A stretch of DNA of 64,000 nt from assembly GCA_965235115.1 (NCBI GenBank), contig OZ249439.1, positions 28,768,001-28,832,000 on the forward strand. Reading direction: 5' to 3'. The stretch comes from Laetmonice hystrix. Its lineage: Eukaryota. Both the position numbers and the translations under genes were made by a program. Numbering within the stretch: position 1 is the stretch's first letter; each line of letters starts with the position of its first letter. The notes under the pieces are model-generated. The model saw only the letters and a list, made by a program, of their open reading frames with translations, searched no databases and had not been told where the DNA came from. Shown here in pieces: positions 63,108 through 64,000 of the stretch.

Positions 63108-64000
63108 ATCGCGGCATCTTATCCTCTCTCCGAGCCCATCGGTTCCTGTGTTAAGTGTAAGCAAATTTATGCGTATTTACATAATCCCTTAGTCTTTCCT
63201 GCTTTATTTTAAATATAAAAAAAAGCTCATGCCTTTTTTATGAAATGGCCTGAAGCTTTAAATTCTTTTTTTCCTCAGATTAACATGAAGTGTTTCTTTT
63301 GTTGTAATTCGCTCAGAACGTTAGCGCCTTTGAAATGAACATGTGCGCCGTTTTCTCCGATTTTAAAACGGCCACAATTATTCTGGCTCGTTCCTGCCGT
63401 TCCTTTTAATTTGGCGCCATCGATCATAATATCGCACATAGCAGAGGAAATATCTTCTCCACTGAATAATCCTACCACTGTCAGAATTGTGCTTCAACCC
63501 CTGTTAACTAATGTATATATAAGTACATACTTTATGTCACAATATATACGTGTCCTGCGTCAATGTTGTCAGAATATCATTAAGGTATACTTTCTTGCTC
63601 CAGTAACAATACCACGTGTCTTCGTAAATGGCTTGCCTTTAAGACGTTGTATAAAACAAGTGTAGTGTGCAGCACGTTTCAACCGGCACATGATATTATT
63701 ATGATGCCAATCTTGCTGTTTCACAAATTGGTATTGTGACATTCGTTCCCTGTGTTTTTAATGGAGACCGCCGTGCAGTGAGCAGTCCTTTATTGTTTTC
63801 ATTTCTCCTTTACTTTGGTCTTTAACCAACAATGTATGTCACATATTGCAGTCACACAACACGCTCCAGTTAACAGTACAGCACGATAACTTTCTCAAAT
63901 AAATATAACGATTATCTATGGAACACCTTGGTACTGTTCTAGTATTGATAAGTGAAGAGAAGACTTATTGTCCACACCATGTTCTGTAGTATAGTGCTTG

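Noticed and set aside
63275-63478. Minus-strand DIMIDGAKLK, RT-like fragment
   Set aside because: A single weak motif is not enough to call a LINE.

Overview
Eukaryotic (animal) genomic DNA with a 193-N gap at 6303-6495. The main feature is the 5' half of an AMPA-type ionotropic glutamate receptor gene (GluA/GRIA family) on the + strand. Ten coding exons (10779-10869, 13278-13430, 27376-27621, 58759-58955, 59170-59223, 59677-59841, 60550-60756, 61331-61438, 61703-61810, 62542-62754) join in frame through GT-AG introns into 514 codons: signal peptide, amino-terminal domain and the start of the S1 ligand-binding segment. The gene continues past the window. Introns 2 (13.9 kb) and 3 (31.1 kb) hold many minisatellites, MITEs and non-autonomous DNA transposons, and probable decayed LINE fragments. 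The most unusual structure is at the exon 2 acceptor, where the branch point, polypyrimidine tract, AG and first 30 nt of the exon are repeated five times in tandem. Each of the four intervening 79-86 nt units reads GTGCGT...TACTGAC...AG, a complete mini-intron, and each carries an in-frame stop if retained. This suggests recursive splicing or intron birth by tandem duplication. A separate candidate ratchet point (YAG|GTGAGT) lies near the middle of intron 3. All family assignments are by eye, with no database search.
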